Positions 21,128-31,618 of a DNA stretch of 64,000 nucleotides are shown piece after piece. Each line of letters begins with the position of its first letter. The first letter of the stretch is position 1. The position numbers were made by a program, and so were the translations under genes. Source of the stretch: an uncultured delta proteobacterium (GTDB lineage Bacteria; Desulfobacterota; Binatia; UBA9968); contig CAVYTU010000017.1 in the NCBI GenBank assembly GCA_963771465.1, forward strand, positions 960,001-1,024,000, read 5' to 3'. The notes beneath the pieces are model-generated. The model saw nothing but the letters and a program-made list of their open reading frames with translations. It was not told where the DNA came from and ran no database searches.

Positions 21128-21831
21128 GACTCTCCATGGGGCAGAAACTCGCCGAAGGCTTGAGCAAAGGTCGGCCAAGGCTGCTGTTTCGCTTCATCGA
21201 AGGTCAATTTTCCCTGATGCAAAATCATCGCACGGTTGCAAAGGTTAAGGGCACGGGAAACATGGTGCGAGGCCATGATCACGATGTGCCCCTGTTGGCA
21301 ATGAGAGCGAAGAAAACCCTCTAACAAATCGACGCCGTTGCCGTCGAGCACGCCGTAGGGTTCATCGAGCAGGAGCAGGCCTGGCTGCAAGAGTTGCCAT
21401 TTGGCGATGGACACGCGGCATTTCAGGCCGCTGGAAAGATTGGCGACGAATTCGTCCCGCCGCTGGGCGAGGCCGACGGCTTCGAGCGCTGATTCGATGC
21501 TCGTCGCACGATCGTTGCGCTCATAGAGCGACGTGAAGAAGCGCAGGTTTTCCCAAACGGTCAGGTTCTCGTAGAGATGATCCGAAGGCGCCAGAAAGCC
21601 GATTTGCCGGCGTGCCGCGGGATTGCTCGCGGCCATGGTTGCGCCGTCGACGAGTATCGATCCCGTTGTCGGCGCGATCATGCCGGCGAGGAGTTTTAGC
21701 AGTGTCGTTTTGCCGGCGCCGTTTGGACCAAGCAGCGCGACGAATGCGCCTGACGGGAGATCGAGATTGAGATCTCTGAGCGCCCACAAAAAGCCATAAG
21801 CTTTGGCGAGTTTATTGATGGTCAAGCGCAA
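21115..21831 (-). CDS. ccmA: Heme exporter ATP-binding protein CcmA
   Basis: GPNGAGKTT, LSSG, LLLDEP; heads the ccm operon. Confidence 0.9.
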   Translation of the reverse strand: MRLTINKLAKAYGFLWALRDLNLDLPSGAFVALLGPNGAGKTTLLKLLAGMIAPTTGSILVDGATMAASNPAARRQIGFLAPSDHLYENLTVWENLRFFTSLYERNDRATSIESALEAVGLAQRRDEFVANLSSGLKCRVSIAKWQLLQPGLLLLDEPYGVLDGNGVDLLEGFLRSHCQQGHIVIMASHHVSRALNLCNRAMILHQGKLTFDEAKQQPWPTFAQAFGEFLPHGESWLS

Positions 21832-21942
21832 GAGTGCGGTTCGCTTTCCTTCATCGAAAGGAGCTTAGCGTTGAGTCGATCGACTATAGTGAGCGATCTT
21901 TGTGGATTCAAGCGCGACTTCGGTTTGCTAATTTGTTAGCGT

Positions 21943-21976
21943 TTGATTGACATTAATACCGCATCTCTCCTATTTT
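21943..21976 (+). promoter_or_regulatory. Putative sigma70 promoter (TTGACA-N18-TATTTT) overlapped by an FNR/CRP-like box TTGAT-N4-ATTAA
   Basis: Direct motif match in the divergent intergenic region. Confidence 0.4.
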
Positions 21977-22013
21977 GGTTTGGCTACATTCGGTTTTCGC
22001 TGAGGAGGAATCG

Positions 22014-22688
22014 ATGAATCCCGTCGTTACGGTCACCGGCTTTTGGGATGCGTTTATCACCAAGATCGCGGTGTTTTTGCCCAATTTATTTTTCGCCATC
22101 GCGATCATTCTGCTCGGCTGGGTGATTTGTAATGTGATCAAGCGCATTGTCGTGCGCGTGTTAAAGCTTTGCCAGTTCGATATTTTGGCGGAGCGCGCCG
22201 GCATCAAGCAGATTCTTGACCGCGGCGGTATCCGCCAATCGGCATCGGATATTGTCGGTCTATTGGTTTTCTGGTTTCTGTTTCTTATCGCGATCGTGAC
22301 AACCTTGGAAACGCTCAATTTGAGCGGCGCCACCGATACCCTGCACACGATCTATTTATACATTCCCAAGATCGTTGCCGCCCTGGTGACGCTGATCCTC
22401 GGCCTTTACTTCGCCAACTTCCTTGAGTCCGTCACGCGGACTTCCTGCGCCAACGCCGGCTTGGAGCAGGCCAGTTCCATCGGCCGCGCGGCTTACATCG
22501 CGGCCGCGATATTTGTCGTTGCCGGTATCTTCGAGATTCTCGATATCGCCTCAGAGATAGTCATCTGGGCGTTTATTTTGGTCTTTGGCGCGGCTTGTTT
22601 GGCGCTCGCTTTGGCCTTCGGCTTGGGCGGCCGAGACGTCGCCGGACGCTTCCTGGAAAGATGGTTAGAGCAGAAGAAAAGCGAATAG
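22014..22688 (+). CDS. Conserved TM-helix repeat / MscS-associated (CmpX-like) membrane protein
   Basis: FLPNLFFAI and YIPKIVAAL repeats, ALAFGLGGRD; GAGGAGG RBS. Confidence 0.85.
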   Translation: MNPVVTVTGFWDAFITKIAVFLPNLFFAIAIILLGWVICNVIKRIVVRVLKLCQFDILAERAGIKQILDRGGIRQSASDIVGLLVFWFLFLIAIVTTLETLNLSGATDTLHTIYLYIPKIVAALVTLILGLYFANFLESVTRTSCANAGLEQASSIGRAAYIAAAIFVVAGIFEILDIASEIVIWAFILVFGAACLALALAFGLGGRDVAGRFLERWLEQKKSE

Positions 22689-22697
22689 TTAGGTACC

Positions 22698-22726
22698 TTG
22701 ACTCGCAGTAGGTAATCAGTTAATTT
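22698..22726 (+). promoter_or_regulatory. Putative sigma70 promoter of the icd operon
   Basis: TTGACT-N17-TAATTT. Confidence 0.55.
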
Positions 22727-22749
22727 CGACGAGTTCAAAATTCAACCAT

Positions 22750-22802
22750 CAAAAATAGCCTAAGGCGCGGCAAATTCTGTGGACGCCCTTAGGCTATTTT
22801 TG
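22750..22802 (+). promoter_or_regulatory. 16-bp perfect inverted repeat in the icd leader (terminator/attenuator-like)
   Basis: CAAAAATAGCCTAAGG ... CCTTAGGCTATTTTTG, ending just before the GAGGAG RBS. Confidence 0.7.
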
Positions 22803-22816
22803 CACGTGAGGAGAAT

Positions 22817-24223
22817 ATGGCAGATTACAAAGTGGTAAAAGTCCCGAAGGACGGCGCTAAGATCACCCTGGGGGCGAACAAAAAGCTAAGCGTTCCCGAC
22901 AATCCGATCATTCCTTTCATCGAAGGCGACGGCACCGGCCGCGATATTTGGCGTGCCTCGGTAAAGGTCTTCGATGCCGCGGTGCAGAAAGCCTATGCCG
23001 GCAAGAAGAAAATTCACTGGATGGAAGTCTATGCCGGTGAGAAATCCTTCAAGCAGTACAAAAGCTGGCTGCACGAAGAAACCGTGCCGGCATTTACAGA
23101 ATTTCTTGTCGGTATCAAAGGGCCACTGACCACGCCCATCGGTGGCGGTATGACATCACTAAACGTCGGACTGCGTAAGTTGCTCGATCTCTACGTCTGC
23201 CTGCGGCCCGTGCGTTACTTCAACGGTGTGCCTTCCCCGGTGAAGCATCCTGAATTTGTCGATATGGTGGTTTTCCGCGAAAACACCGAGGACATTTATA
23301 CCGGTATCGAGTTCCCCAACGGGACTGAGGCCAGCGCAAAGTTCAAATCAGTGCTCAAAGAGAATTTTCCCAAAGAATTTGCCAAGATTCGCTTTCCGAA
23401 TACGGCCTCTATCGGCTTGAAACCGGTTTCCGTCGAAGGGACGGAACGGTTGGTGCGTGCGGCGATTCAATGGGCGTTGACCAACAAGCGCAAGAACATC
23501 AATTTCGTCCACAAGGGCAACATCATGAAATACACCGAGGGCTCATTCATGGAATGGGGCTACGCCCTCGCCAAGCGCGAATTTCGCAACGACGTGATTG
23601 CCGAGCGCGAGTCGTGGATCTTGGGCAATAAAGAAGGCAACCCGAACATCAGTGTTGAAGATAACGCCAAAGCAATCGATCCCGGTTTCGAAATGATGTC
23701 GCCGGATCAGCAGAATGACATCAAAAAAGAAGTGGAAGAAGCCCTCAAACTCTGGCCAAGCCACGGTGACGGCAAGTGGAAAAAGAAACTAATGCTCAAA
23801 GACTCCATCGCTGACGTGACCTTGCAGTTCGTGCTTATTCGGCCCAAGGATTACGATGTCATCGCCACCATGAATTTAAACGGCGATTATCTATCGGACG
23901 CTCTGGCGGCGCAGGTTGGTGGCATCGGCATCGCGCCGGGCGCCAATATTAACTACGAGACCGGTCACGCGGTGTTCGAAGCCACCCACGGCACCGCGCC
24001 GAAGTATGCTGATTTGGACAAGGTCAATCCAGGCTCGGTAATCCTCTCCGGGGAAATGATGCTTCGTTATATGGGCTGGGGTGAAGCTGCCGACTTGATC
24101 ATCAAAGGCATCGAAGGCGCGGTCAACGATAAAACCGTGACCTACGACTTCGAACGATTGATGCCGGGCTCGAAGCTGGTTAGCTGTTCGGGTTTCGGCG
24201 ACGCGATTATTTCCAATATGTAA
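22817..24223 (+). CDS. icd: NADP-dependent isocitrate dehydrogenase (long form with insertion)
   Basis: [45 protein letters not shown]. Confidence 0.97.
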   Translation: MADYKVVKVPKDGAKITLGANKKLSVPDNPIIPFIEGDGTGRDIWRASVKVFDAAVQKAYAGKKKIHWMEVYAGEKSFKQYKSWLHEETVPAFTEFLVGIKGPLTTPIGGGMTSLNVGLRKLLDLYVCLRPVRYFNGVPSPVKHPEFVDMVVFRENTEDIYTGIEFPNGTEASAKFKSVLKENFPKEFAKIRFPNTASIGLKPVSVEGTERLVRAAIQWALTNKRKNINFVHKGNIMKYTEGSFMEWGYALAKREFRNDVIAERESWILGNKEGNPNISVEDNAKAIDPGFEMMSPDQQNDIKKEVEEALKLWPSHGDGKWKKKLMLKDSIADVTLQFVLIRPKDYDVIATMNLNGDYLSDALAAQVGGIGIAPGANINYETGHAVFEATHGTAPKYADLDKVNPGSVILSGEMMLRYMGWGEAADLIIKGIEGAVNDKTVTYDFERLMPGSKLVSCSGFGDAIISNM

Positions 24224-24244
24224 ATTCTCGAAGAGGGTAAAGTC

Positions 24245-25189
24245 GTGGCTAGGAAAAAGCTTGCATTAATCGGTGCCGGAAACATCGGCGGGTCGATGGC
24301 GCATTTAGCCCTATTGAAGGGTCTTGGCGACGTGATTTTGTTCGACGTCGTCGAAGGACTGCCTCAGGGAAAGGCTTTAGATTTATCCCACGCCGGGCCG
24401 GTCGAAGGCTTCGACGGCAATGTCATCGGTACCAACAAATATGATGATATCGCCGGCGCCGATGTTTGCATCGTCACCGCAGGCATCGCCCGCAAACCGG
24501 GCATGAGCCGGGACGATCTGCTCGGCACCAACGCCAAAATTCTATCTTCCGTCGCGGACGGGATTAAGAAGCACGCGCCGAATTCCTTTGTCATCGTAAT
24601 TACCAATCCCTTGGATGCGATGGTGACGTTGATGCAGCGCGCTCTCGGTTTCCCAAAATATCGCGTGGTCGGCCAATCGGGAATTCTCGATTCCTCGCGC
24701 TACCGTTCCTTCATTGCCAAAGAGCTCAATGTGTCGGTAAGGAGCGTGCAGGCCATAGTCTTGGGCGGCCATGGAGATGACATGGTGCCGGTGCGGAGTT
24801 CGTCTAGCGTCGGCGGCGTCCCGGTGGAAAAGCTAATTGCCTCCAATCGGCTCGATGAGATCGAAGCGCGGGTACGCAACGCCGGCGGCGAAGTGGTCGC
24901 TCTGTTAAAAACCGGTTCTGCGTATTTTTCGCCGGCATCGGCCGCGATTCAAATGACCGAAGCGTTTCTGTTCGACAAGAAAGAAATACTTCCCTGCGCG
25001 GCGCTGCTTGAAGGTGAGTATGGCGTCACGGGTTATTATTTTTGCGTGCCTGTTATAATTGGCGCGGGCGGCGTGGAAAAGATCATTGACATTAATTTGA
25101 ACGCGGGCGACAAAAAGGCGTTCGATGAGTCGCTCAATCACGTCAAAGATATCGTCCAAGCCATGGACCGAGTGTTGAGCGCTAAGTAA
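24245..25189 (+). CDS. mdh: Malate dehydrogenase (LDH-like)
   Basis: [26 protein letters not shown]. Confidence 0.97.
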   Translation: MARKKLALIGAGNIGGSMAHLALLKGLGDVILFDVVEGLPQGKALDLSHAGPVEGFDGNVIGTNKYDDIAGADVCIVTAGIARKPGMSRDDLLGTNAKILSSVADGIKKHAPNSFVIVITNPLDAMVTLMQRALGFPKYRVVGQSGILDSSRYRSFIAKELNVSVRSVQAIVLGGHGDDMVPVRSSSSVGGVPVEKLIASNRLDEIEARVRNAGGEVVALLKTGSAYFSPASAAIQMTEAFLFDKKEILPCAALLEGEYGVTGYYFCVPVIIGAGGVEKIIDINLNAGDKKAFDESLNHVKDIVQAMDRVLSAK

Positions 25190-25250
25190 CCAGCGAAAAG
25201 TCGGCGCTAGGGCTTCAATCCGAAGCTCAATTCCATATTTCCGTTCCTCA

Positions 25251-26414
25251 ATGAATATTCACGAGTTTCAGGCGAAGGAGATCTTAAAACGCTTCGGCGT
25301 GATGGTGCCACGCGGCATCGTTGCGACGACGCCTGAGCAAGTAAAAGCCGCGGCGTTGGAACTCGGCGGCGGCGTGTGCGTGGTTAAGGCGCAGATTCAT
25401 GCCGGCGGGCGCGGCAAGGGCGGTGGGGTTAAGGTTGTCAAGAATGCCGATGAAGCCGTAGCGCGGGCGCGCGAGATACTCGGTAAGAATCTTGTCACCC
25501 ATCAGACCGGCCCGGAGGGCCGGCGGGTACGTCGCTTGCTGGTCGAGGAAGGGCTTAATATCGCCCGCGAACTGTATCTTGCCATGGTGCTCGATCGTGC
25601 CCAATCGCAAGTAACGGTCATTTGTTCCTCGGAAGGCGGGGTTGAGATCGAAGAAGTCGCCGAGAAACATCCTGAAAAGATCTTAAAAGAAGCCATCGAT
25701 CCGGTGATCGGTTTAGCGCCGTTCCAATGCCGTCGGGTGGCTGTAGCCTTGGCCATTCCAGCCGGGCTTACCGGCAAATTCGTCGCTGTGATGCAATCGC
25801 TGTATCGCGCCTTCGAGGAGTGTGACGCTTCGCTGGCCGAAATCAATCCTTTGATTATCACCCAAGAAGGCCACCTCCTGGCGCTCGACGCCAAAATGAA
25901 CTTCGACAGCAACGCGTTTTTTCGCCAGAAAGACATTGTCGCGTTGCGCGATTTCGACGAAGAAGATGCGCGCGAGGTTGAGGCGGGCAAGTACGACCTC
26001 GCTTATATTTCCCTCGACGGTAATATTGCGTGCATGGTGAACGGCGCCGGTTTGGCAATGGCGACCATGGATATCATCAAGCTCTATGGCGGCGAGCCGG
26101 CCAACTTCCTCGATGTCGGGGGCGGCGCGGACAAAGAAACCGTGTCTCAGGCATTTAGAATTCTCCTCGCCGACGCGCGGGTGCGCGGCCTACTGATCAA
26201 TATCTTCGGCGGCATCATGCGCTGTGACGTGCTCGCACAGGGCGTCGTCGATGCTGCGCGCGAGCTGCAAATTACCGTTCCCCTGGTCGTACGCATGCAA
26301 GGCACCAATGTCGCGCAGGGAAGAAAAATCTTAGCCGATTCAGGTCTGACGATTATCTCCGCCGAAACGATGTCGGACGCAGCTGAGAAAATCGTCAAGG
26401 CGGTTAAAAATTAA
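25251..26414 (+). CDS. sucC: Succinyl-CoA synthetase beta subunit
   Basis: [36 protein letters not shown]. Confidence 0.98.
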   Translation: MNIHEFQAKEILKRFGVMVPRGIVATTPEQVKAAALELGGGVCVVKAQIHAGGRGKGGGVKVVKNADEAVARAREILGKNLVTHQTGPEGRRVRRLLVEEGLNIARELYLAMVLDRAQSQVTVICSSEGGVEIEEVAEKHPEKILKEAIDPVIGLAPFQCRRVAVALAIPAGLTGKFVAVMQSLYRAFEECDASLAEINPLIITQEGHLLALDAKMNFDSNAFFRQKDIVALRDFDEEDAREVEAGKYDLAYISLDGNIACMVNGAGLAMATMDIIKLYGGEPANFLDVGGGADKETVSQAFRILLADARVRGLLINIFGGIMRCDVLAQGVVDAARELQITVPLVVRMQGTNVAQGRKILADSGLTIISAETMSDAAEKIVKAVKN

Positions 26415-26478
26415 AAATGGAAAAATTAAAAATTATCAAAAGAGATTACATTTTTAAATTTGCCCTTGTAATTTTTGA
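26404..26478. repeat. AT-rich heptamer-periodic imperfect inverted element between sucC and sucD
   Basis: TTAAAAA units on the left; TTTTTAA/CTTGTAA/TTTTTGA units on the right. Confidence 0.5.
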
Positions 26479-26494
26479 TTGAAGTCGGAAGTTC

Positions 26495-27367
26495 ATGTCC
26501 ATCTTAGTCAACAAATCGACCCGTGTTTTGACCCAGGGCATCACTGGCGCCACGGGTCAGTTTCACACCAGAGCGTGCAAGGAATACGGCACGCAGATGG
26601 TTGGCGGCGTGACACCGGGAAAAGGCGGCACGACCTTCGAAGCGATTCCCATCTTCGAAACGGTGGCGCGCGCGGTGAAAGAGACCGGCGCCAACGCCAC
26701 GGTAATCTACGTGCCGCCGCCATTTGCCGCTGACGCGATTTTAGAAGCTGCGGATGCCGATATTCCGCTGATTATCTGCATCACCGAAGGCGTGCCGGTA
26801 CGCGACATGGTCAAGGTGAAGCGCTACTTCGCCGGTAGAAAGTCGCAGCTACTCGGTCCCAACTGCCCAGGTACGATCACTCCGGGCGAGTGTAAGATCG
26901 GCATTATGCCGGGCCATATTCATAAGCAGGGAACGATCGGTGTGGTCTCGCGCAGCGGCACGTTAACCTACGAAGCGGTCGACCAGCTAACCCGGTTGGG
27001 ATTGGGGCAGTCCACTTGTGTCGGCATCGGCGGCGACCCAGTGCATGGTTTCGAATTTGTCGATGTACTAAAAATGTTCAACGAGGATCCAAATACGGAA
27101 GCGGTGGTGCTGATCGGCGAGATCGGCGGCAGCGCCGAAGAAGAAGCCGCCGCGTGGATCAAAGCCAATATGAAAAAACCGGTGGCGGGCTTTATCGCCG
27201 GACAGACGGCGCCGCCGGGAAAAAGAATGGGGCATGCGGGCGCGATCATCTCCGGCGGCAAGGGGACGGCGAAGGAAAAGATCGAAGCGATGAAACAGGC
27301 TGGTATCCGCATGGCGTCATCGCCGGCGACCATCGGTCAAACGATGCAGGAGGCGTTAGCAAAGTAA
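26495..27367 (+). CDS. sucD: Succinyl-CoA synthetase alpha subunit
   Basis: [27 protein letters not shown] phospho-His. Confidence 0.98.
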   Translation: MSILVNKSTRVLTQGITGATGQFHTRACKEYGTQMVGGVTPGKGGTTFEAIPIFETVARAVKETGANATVIYVPPPFAADAILEAADADIPLIICITEGVPVRDMVKVKRYFAGRKSQLLGPNCPGTITPGECKIGIMPGHIHKQGTIGVVSRSGTLTYEAVDQLTRLGLGQSTCVGIGGDPVHGFEFVDVLKMFNEDPNTEAVVLIGEIGGSAEEEAAAWIKANMKKPVAGFIAGQTAPPGKRMGHAGAIISGGKGTAKEKIEAMKQAGIRMASSPATIGQTMQEALAK

Positions 27368-27786
27368 TGGCTGTAGAAAGAACTTTATCGATCGTCAAAC
27401 CGGATGCGGTGGGAAGAAATCTCATCGGCGAGATTCTTAGGAAGTTTGAAGCTGCGGGACTTAGAATTGCGGCAGGGAAATTGATTCGGCTCACTCCCGA
27501 GCGCGCCCAGGGGTTTTACGCGGTTCACAAAGCGCGGCCATTTTTTCACGGCCTGTGTGAATATATGTCCTCCGGTGCGATATTTGTTTCGGTGTTGGAG
27601 GGTGAGAATGCCATCGCGAAAAACCGTGAAGTCATGGGCGCCACCGATCCGGCAAAAGCGGCCGCCGGGACGATCCGCAAAGAGTTCGGCAAGGACATCG
27701 AACAAAACGCGGTGCATGGCTCAGATGCTCCCGACACCGCGGCTACGGAAATCGCTTTTTTCTTTAAGCCCGACGAGATTCTTTAG
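27367..27786 (+). CDS. ndk: Nucleoside diphosphate kinase
   Basis: [22 protein letters not shown]; start overlaps sucD stop (TAATG). Confidence 0.97.
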   Translation: MAVERTLSIVKPDAVGRNLIGEILRKFEAAGLRIAAGKLIRLTPERAQGFYAVHKARPFFHGLCEYMSSGAIFVSVLEGENAIAKNREVMGATDPAKAAAGTIRKEFGKDIEQNAVHGSDAPDTAATEIAFFFKPDEIL

Positions 27787-27823
27787 CTCCAAGCTGATTT
27801 CACTTTTCTACCGGTAAAGCGCA

Positions 27824-28891
27824 GTGAAGCCCAATATCAAAGATTTGAGCTTCAGCGAGTTCTCGACATTTATCGCCGAGCGAAAGCATACGGCCTATCG
27901 GGCCAAACAGGTTTGGCAGTGGCTGTTTCAAAAGCGCGCTCGGGAATTCGCCGAGATGAGCAACCTGTCGCGCAAGTTACGCGATGAGTTGGAGCAACAT
28001 TTCTCTATCAGCGGTCTCGCCGTTCTGCGCCGAAACGAGTCGCGCGACGGCACGGTCAAGTTTCTCTTTGGCCTCGCCGACGGGCAAAGCATCGAGAGCG
28101 TGCTTATTCCGGAAACTAAACGGCTGACACTTTGTATTTCGACCCAAGTCGGGTGCGCTTACGGGTGCGCGTTTTGCGCCACAGCGCTGCTCGGTTTCAA
28201 AAGAAATTTGCGTGCCAGCGAGATCGTCGATCAGATTATTGAGGCTAGCCGCGAGCCGGCTGCGGCCAAGGGGATTAGCAATATCGTTTTGATGGGAATG
28301 GGTGAACCGCTGGCCAATTACGCCAATACTTTACGCGCCATCGAGATCATGACCGATGCCAGTTGGGGCTTAGGCATCGCGCCGCGCCGGGTGACCTTGT
28401 CGACCGTCGGCCTGATTCCGCAAATCGAAAAACTCATGGCGGAAACCAACGTTAGTTTGGCGATCTCGCTGCACGCCGCGACCGAAGAGTTGCGTGGTCG
28501 CTTGATGCCGGTGAATCGAAAATATTCGCTCCAACAACTAATGGACTGCTGCCGAAACTTGCCGCTGCCGCGGCGCAAGCGGATTACCTTCGAATATGTG
28601 TTGCTGCGCGGCGTCAATGATTCGCTGGCGGACGCGATGGCGCTCTGCCGCGTGCTCCGCGGCGTGCCGAGTAAAGTGAACGTGATTCCCTTCAATCCCC
28701 ATCCCGAAAGCGAGTTCGAGCGGCCGGCCGATGAGTCGGTCAAACGTTTCCAACAAGTGCTCTTTGATCATAAGATTCAGGTCAACGTGCGCCGGCCGCG
28801 CGGCGACGACATCGCCGCGGCCTGCGGGCAGCTGCAGGGGCAGGCGGAAGGGCGCTGGCGGGAATCATCGGCACAGATCGGGACTGGTTAG
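27824..28891 (+). CDS. rlmN: 23S rRNA/tRNA m2A methyltransferase RlmN
   Basis: CISTQVGCAYGCAFC, MGMGEP, ISLHA, DIAAACGQL. Confidence 0.96.
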   Translation: MKPNIKDLSFSEFSTFIAERKHTAYRAKQVWQWLFQKRAREFAEMSNLSRKLRDELEQHFSISGLAVLRRNESRDGTVKFLFGLADGQSIESVLIPETKRLTLCISTQVGCAYGCAFCATALLGFKRNLRASEIVDQIIEASREPAAAKGISNIVLMGMGEPLANYANTLRAIEIMTDASWGLGIAPRRVTLSTVGLIPQIEKLMAETNVSLAISLHAATEELRGRLMPVNRKYSLQQLMDCCRNLPLPRRKRITFEYVLLRGVNDSLADAMALCRVLRGVPSKVNVIPFNPHPESEFERPADESVKRFQQVLFDHKIQVNVRRPRGDDIAAACGQLQGQAEGRWRESSAQIGTG

Positions 28892-28897
28892 ATCATC

Positions 28898-29758
28898 ATG
28901 GATCGGCGCATGATCGGTGTCATTGGCGGCAGCGGATTGTATCAAATGGCGGGACTCGAAGCCGTGCGGCGAGTCTCGGTCGAGACGCCCTTCGGCAAGC
29001 CTTCCGACAAACTTGTTAGGGGGCGAATCGGCGCCCTGGAACTGGTCTTTTTGCCGCGCCACGGAATCGGCCACCGCTGGTTGCCGACTGAAATAAACTT
29101 TCGCGCTAATATTTTCGCCATGAAAAAACTCGGTGTCGAACGAATTATCTCGGTCAGCGCGGTGGGGAGTCTACGCGCGGAGATCGCGCCTGGTCACTTG
29201 GTCATCCCCGATCAGTTCATCGATCGCACCACCCAGCGGCCCAGCACGTTTTTTGGTAAAGGCATTGTCGCCCATGTGAGTTTGGCCGATCCATTCTGTC
29301 AGGCGCTTTCAGGGATTTTGGCTCGTGCGGCCGCCAGTGAAGGTGCGCGAGTCCACGAGGGCGGTACCTATGTGTGTATGGAAGGGCCGCAGTTCTCAAC
29401 TCGCGCCGAGTCCCACATGTATCGAAGCTGGGGCGCGCATGTCATCGGCATGACCAATTTACAGGAAGCGAAACTGGCGCGGGAAGCGGAGATTTGCTTT
29501 GGCACCTTGGCGCTCGCTACCGATTACGATTGTTGGAATGAACATGCCGGCGACGTCGAGATCGAAAATGTTCTGGCCGTATTGGCGCAGAACGTCGAGC
29601 TGGCGCAAAAGACCATTCGGCGTGCGCTGGCTACACTCGGCGAGCCGCGAACTTGCAGCTGTGCCTCGGCGTTAAAGGATGCTATCATCACCGACAAATC
29701 GCGAATTCCAAAGAAGGTCCGGGCCGAATTGCGGCCGATCATCGGGAAATATTTATGA
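28898..29758 (+). CDS. mtnP: S-methyl-5'-thioadenosine phosphorylase
   Basis: IGGSG, RHG, EGPQFSTRAES, GMT, TDYDCW. Confidence 0.95.
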   Translation: MDRRMIGVIGGSGLYQMAGLEAVRRVSVETPFGKPSDKLVRGRIGALELVFLPRHGIGHRWLPTEINFRANIFAMKKLGVERIISVSAVGSLRAEIAPGHLVIPDQFIDRTTQRPSTFFGKGIVAHVSLADPFCQALSGILARAAASEGARVHEGGTYVCMEGPQFSTRAESHMYRSWGAHVIGMTNLQEAKLAREAEICFGTLALATDYDCWNEHAGDVEIENVLAVLAQNVELAQKTIRRALATLGEPRTCSCASALKDAIITDKSRIPKKVRAELRPIIGKYL

Positions 29759-30660
29759 GCGTATTGGTTGTTGGCACCGTTGCTTTTGACTCCATCGAGA
29801 CCCCCTTTGGTTCGGCTGAAAGAATCCTCGGCGGCTCGGCGTCTTATTTTGCCCTCGGCGCTTGTTTCTTTGCGCCGGTGCGGGTCGTCGGCGTGATCGG
29901 CAAAGATTTCCCGCAGGATTATCTCGATCTGTTCGCCGAGCGCAAAATTGACATCGCCGGCATCAAGCGCGAGCCGGGCGACACTTTTCACTGGCGCGGC
30001 CGTTATCACGAAGACATCAATCAGCGCGATACCATCGAGCTCCACCTAAACGTGCTCGCCGGTTTCGTCCCCGAGCTGCCGGATAACTACCGCGACGCGG
30101 AATATGTTTTTCTCGGTAACATCGATCCGGTCATGCAGATGGAAGTGTTGAATCAAATTCGCAGCCTTAAGCTAGTCGTTTGCGACACCATGGATCATTG
30201 GATTCGCGAGAGCCAGGAAGAACTCAAGAAAGTGCTCAAGCGCATCGAAATGCTGGTGATCAACGACTCGGAAGCGCGCCTGCTGAGCGGTTACGACAAT
30301 ATCGTCAAGGCGGCGCGGGCGATTCTCCGCATGGGGCCGAAAATGGTGCTGATCAAGCGCGGCGAATACGGCGTGCTGCAATTTTCCGATTCCTCGGTGT
30401 TCGCGACGCCGGCTTATCCATTGGAAGAAGTCTTCGATCCCACCGGCGCCGGCGATTCGTTTGCCGGTGGCTTGATGGGACATCTCGCGCGCAGCGGCGA
30501 CACAAGCGAGGGCGGCCTGCGCCGCGCCATTGTTTACGGCTCGGTGGTCGCCTCGTTTACGGTAGAGGATTTCGGCGTCAAGCGCTTGACCGAAGTGTCT
30601 CTGCCGGAAATTGAAGAGCGCTACCAAAGATTCGTCCAGCTCACCGATTTCCATTCCTGA
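29755..30660 (+). CDS. PfkB family carbohydrate/nucleoside kinase
   Basis: LGGSASY, NDSE, KRGEYG, DPTGAGDSFAGG. Confidence 0.93.
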   Translation: MSVLVVGTVAFDSIETPFGSAERILGGSASYFALGACFFAPVRVVGVIGKDFPQDYLDLFAERKIDIAGIKREPGDTFHWRGRYHEDINQRDTIELHLNVLAGFVPELPDNYRDAEYVFLGNIDPVMQMEVLNQIRSLKLVVCDTMDHWIRESQEELKKVLKRIEMLVINDSEARLLSGYDNIVKAARAILRMGPKMVLIKRGEYGVLQFSDSSVFATPAYPLEEVFDPTGAGDSFAGGLMGHLARSGDTSEGGLRRAIVYGSVVASFTVEDFGVKRLTEVSLPEIEERYQRFVQLTDFHS

Positions 30661-30664
30661 GTCG

Positions 30665-31618
30665 ATGCAGCTCTCCATCGTTATTCCAGTCTTCAATGAG
30701 GAAGAGAACATCCAACCGTTAATCCGTGAAATCGATGCCGTGCTGGCGCCGTCGGGCCGACGCTACGAGATCATCGCCGTCGACGACGGGAGCAAGGACG
30801 GCACCTTCGCGGTGTTGCGCGGCTTGCTGTGTCAACAAAAAACATTGAAAGCGGTGCGGCTCAAGCGCAACTTCGGCCAGACTGCGGCGCTGGCGGCTGG
30901 TTTGGCCTATGCCCAAGGCGACGTGGTCGTGCTCATGGACGGCGATGGGCAAAACGATCCGGCCGATATTCCGGCGCTGCTTAAAAAAATCGATGACGGT
31001 AACGACCTGGTTGCCGGCTGGCGCCATAATCGCCAAGACCCGTTTCTCAACCGGCGCTTGCCGTCGATGATCGCCAATCGGCTGATTTCGTGGACAACCC
31101 AGGTGAAATTGCACGATTATGGTTGTACGCTTAAGGCGATGCGCAAGGATCTGGCCAAAAATTTGCGGCTCTATGGCGAAATGCACCGCTTCATTCCCGC
31201 CATCGCCTACGAGCGCGGCGCGCAGATCGCCGAACTGAAGGTGAATCACCGGCCACGGCTGCGCGGTAAATCGAAATATGGCATCATGCGCACGCTCCGC
31301 GTGGTTCTCGATCTTTTGACCGTCAAGTTTCTCGCCAGCTATTCGACCCGCCCGGCTCATGTCTTCGGACCGATCGGTTTCCTCAGCGGACTGGCGGGTT
31401 TTGCCATGGGCTTGTATTTAACCGTGCAGAAATTGGTCTACGGCCTGCCCATCGGCGGCCGGCCATTGCTGCTCCTGGCGATACTTCTTATTTTTATCGG
31501 CATTCAGTTCATCACCATGGGCTTATTGGGTGAAATGCTGGCGCGTACGTACCATGAATCGCAAAATCGTCCGGTATACGTCGTCGGTGAAATCTTGGGA
31601 GGTGACAAGGCTTTATGA
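30665..31618 (+). CDS. GT2 glycosyltransferase (ArnC/GtrB/DPM-like)
   Basis: PVFNEE, VDDGS, RNFGQTAA, MDGDGQND, two C-terminal TMs. Confidence 0.93.
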   Translation: MQLSIVIPVFNEEENIQPLIREIDAVLAPSGRRYEIIAVDDGSKDGTFAVLRGLLCQQKTLKAVRLKRNFGQTAALAAGLAYAQGDVVVLMDGDGQNDPADIPALLKKIDDGNDLVAGWRHNRQDPFLNRRLPSMIANRLISWTTQVKLHDYGCTLKAMRKDLAKNLRLYGEMHRFIPAIAYERGAQIAELKVNHRPRLRGKSKYGIMRTLRVVLDLLTVKFLASYSTRPAHVFGPIGFLSGLAGFAMGLYLTVQKLVYGLPIGGRPLLLLAILLIFIGIQFITMGLLGEMLARTYHESQNRPVYVVGEILGGDKAL

